In this document: piece by piece, positions 52,404-52,677 of the stretch | Position numbering within the stretch: the stretch's first letter is position 1 | Layout: each line of letters starts with the position of its first letter | Assembly (NCBI RefSeq): GCF_001194135.2 | Contig: NC_068984.1 | Coordinates: 27,896,887-27,949,563 of the forward strand | Length of the DNA stretch: 52,677 nucleotides | DNA from: Octopus bimaculoides | Lineage: Eukaryota | Reading direction: 5' to 3' | Program-made: the position numbers and the translations under genes | The notes under the pieces: generated by a model | What the model saw: only the letters and a program-made list of their open reading frames with translations | The model's database searches: none | Told to the model about the DNA's origin: nothing

Positions 52404-52677
52404 GCATGTATGGAAGACAATTGGAGATTTCTGCGGGACAACCTGTTGAAAGCCACCGACCAGATTTGTGGGTGGTGTAAGGTCCCCTCCCAACCCAGAG
52501 TAACGTGGTGGTGGAACAAGGAGGTAGACAGGGCTATTAGACAAAAGAAACAGGCTTGGAAGGACTGGAAGAACGGTGGTAGCAGGGAATTGTACCAATG
52601 TGCCAGAAGGGAGGCTAGGCGACAGGTTTATTTAGCCAGAGGGGAAGCAGATAAGGAAAGATTTGCCAATGTTCTGC
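52404..52677 (+). mobile_element. RTE-like LINE ORF segment (EN-RT linker), open to the window end
   Basis: 89 uninterrupted codons from ATG 52410: MEDNWRFLRDNLLKATDQICGWCK...TWWWNKEVDRAIRQKKQAWKDWK...ARREARRQV. GC-richer than the flank and begins abruptly. Confidence 0.88.

Overview
AT-rich, microsatellite-dense eukaryotic DNA from a gapped draft assembly. There are 11 N-runs, mostly next to simple repeats. The SINE/RTE families and repeat load point to a coleoid cephalopod, most likely Octopus (inference, no database search run). No complete protein-coding gene could be reconstructed. The long track ORFs are microsatellite or N-gap artefacts, and the few real ones are transposon fragments. 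The window is mostly transposon debris: several tRNA-derived SINE families, RTE LINE fragments, a decayed Penelope-like element (RT + GIY-YIG), Tigger/pogo and maT-type (DD37D) relics, a hAT MITE and two foldback elements. Most interesting are (i) a foldback element whose ~260-bp inverted arms enclose a (TTAGGG)n array, (ii) several hammerhead-ribozyme motifs in dispersed repeats, two with compensatory stem II changes and one almost lacking stem II, and (iii) a CpG-rich to CpG-poor transition near 34-35 kb. That transition is visible in paralogous SINE copies and lies beside a promoter-like motif and splice-bounded candidate exons. Translations and alignments were done by eye, and most element boundaries are approximate.
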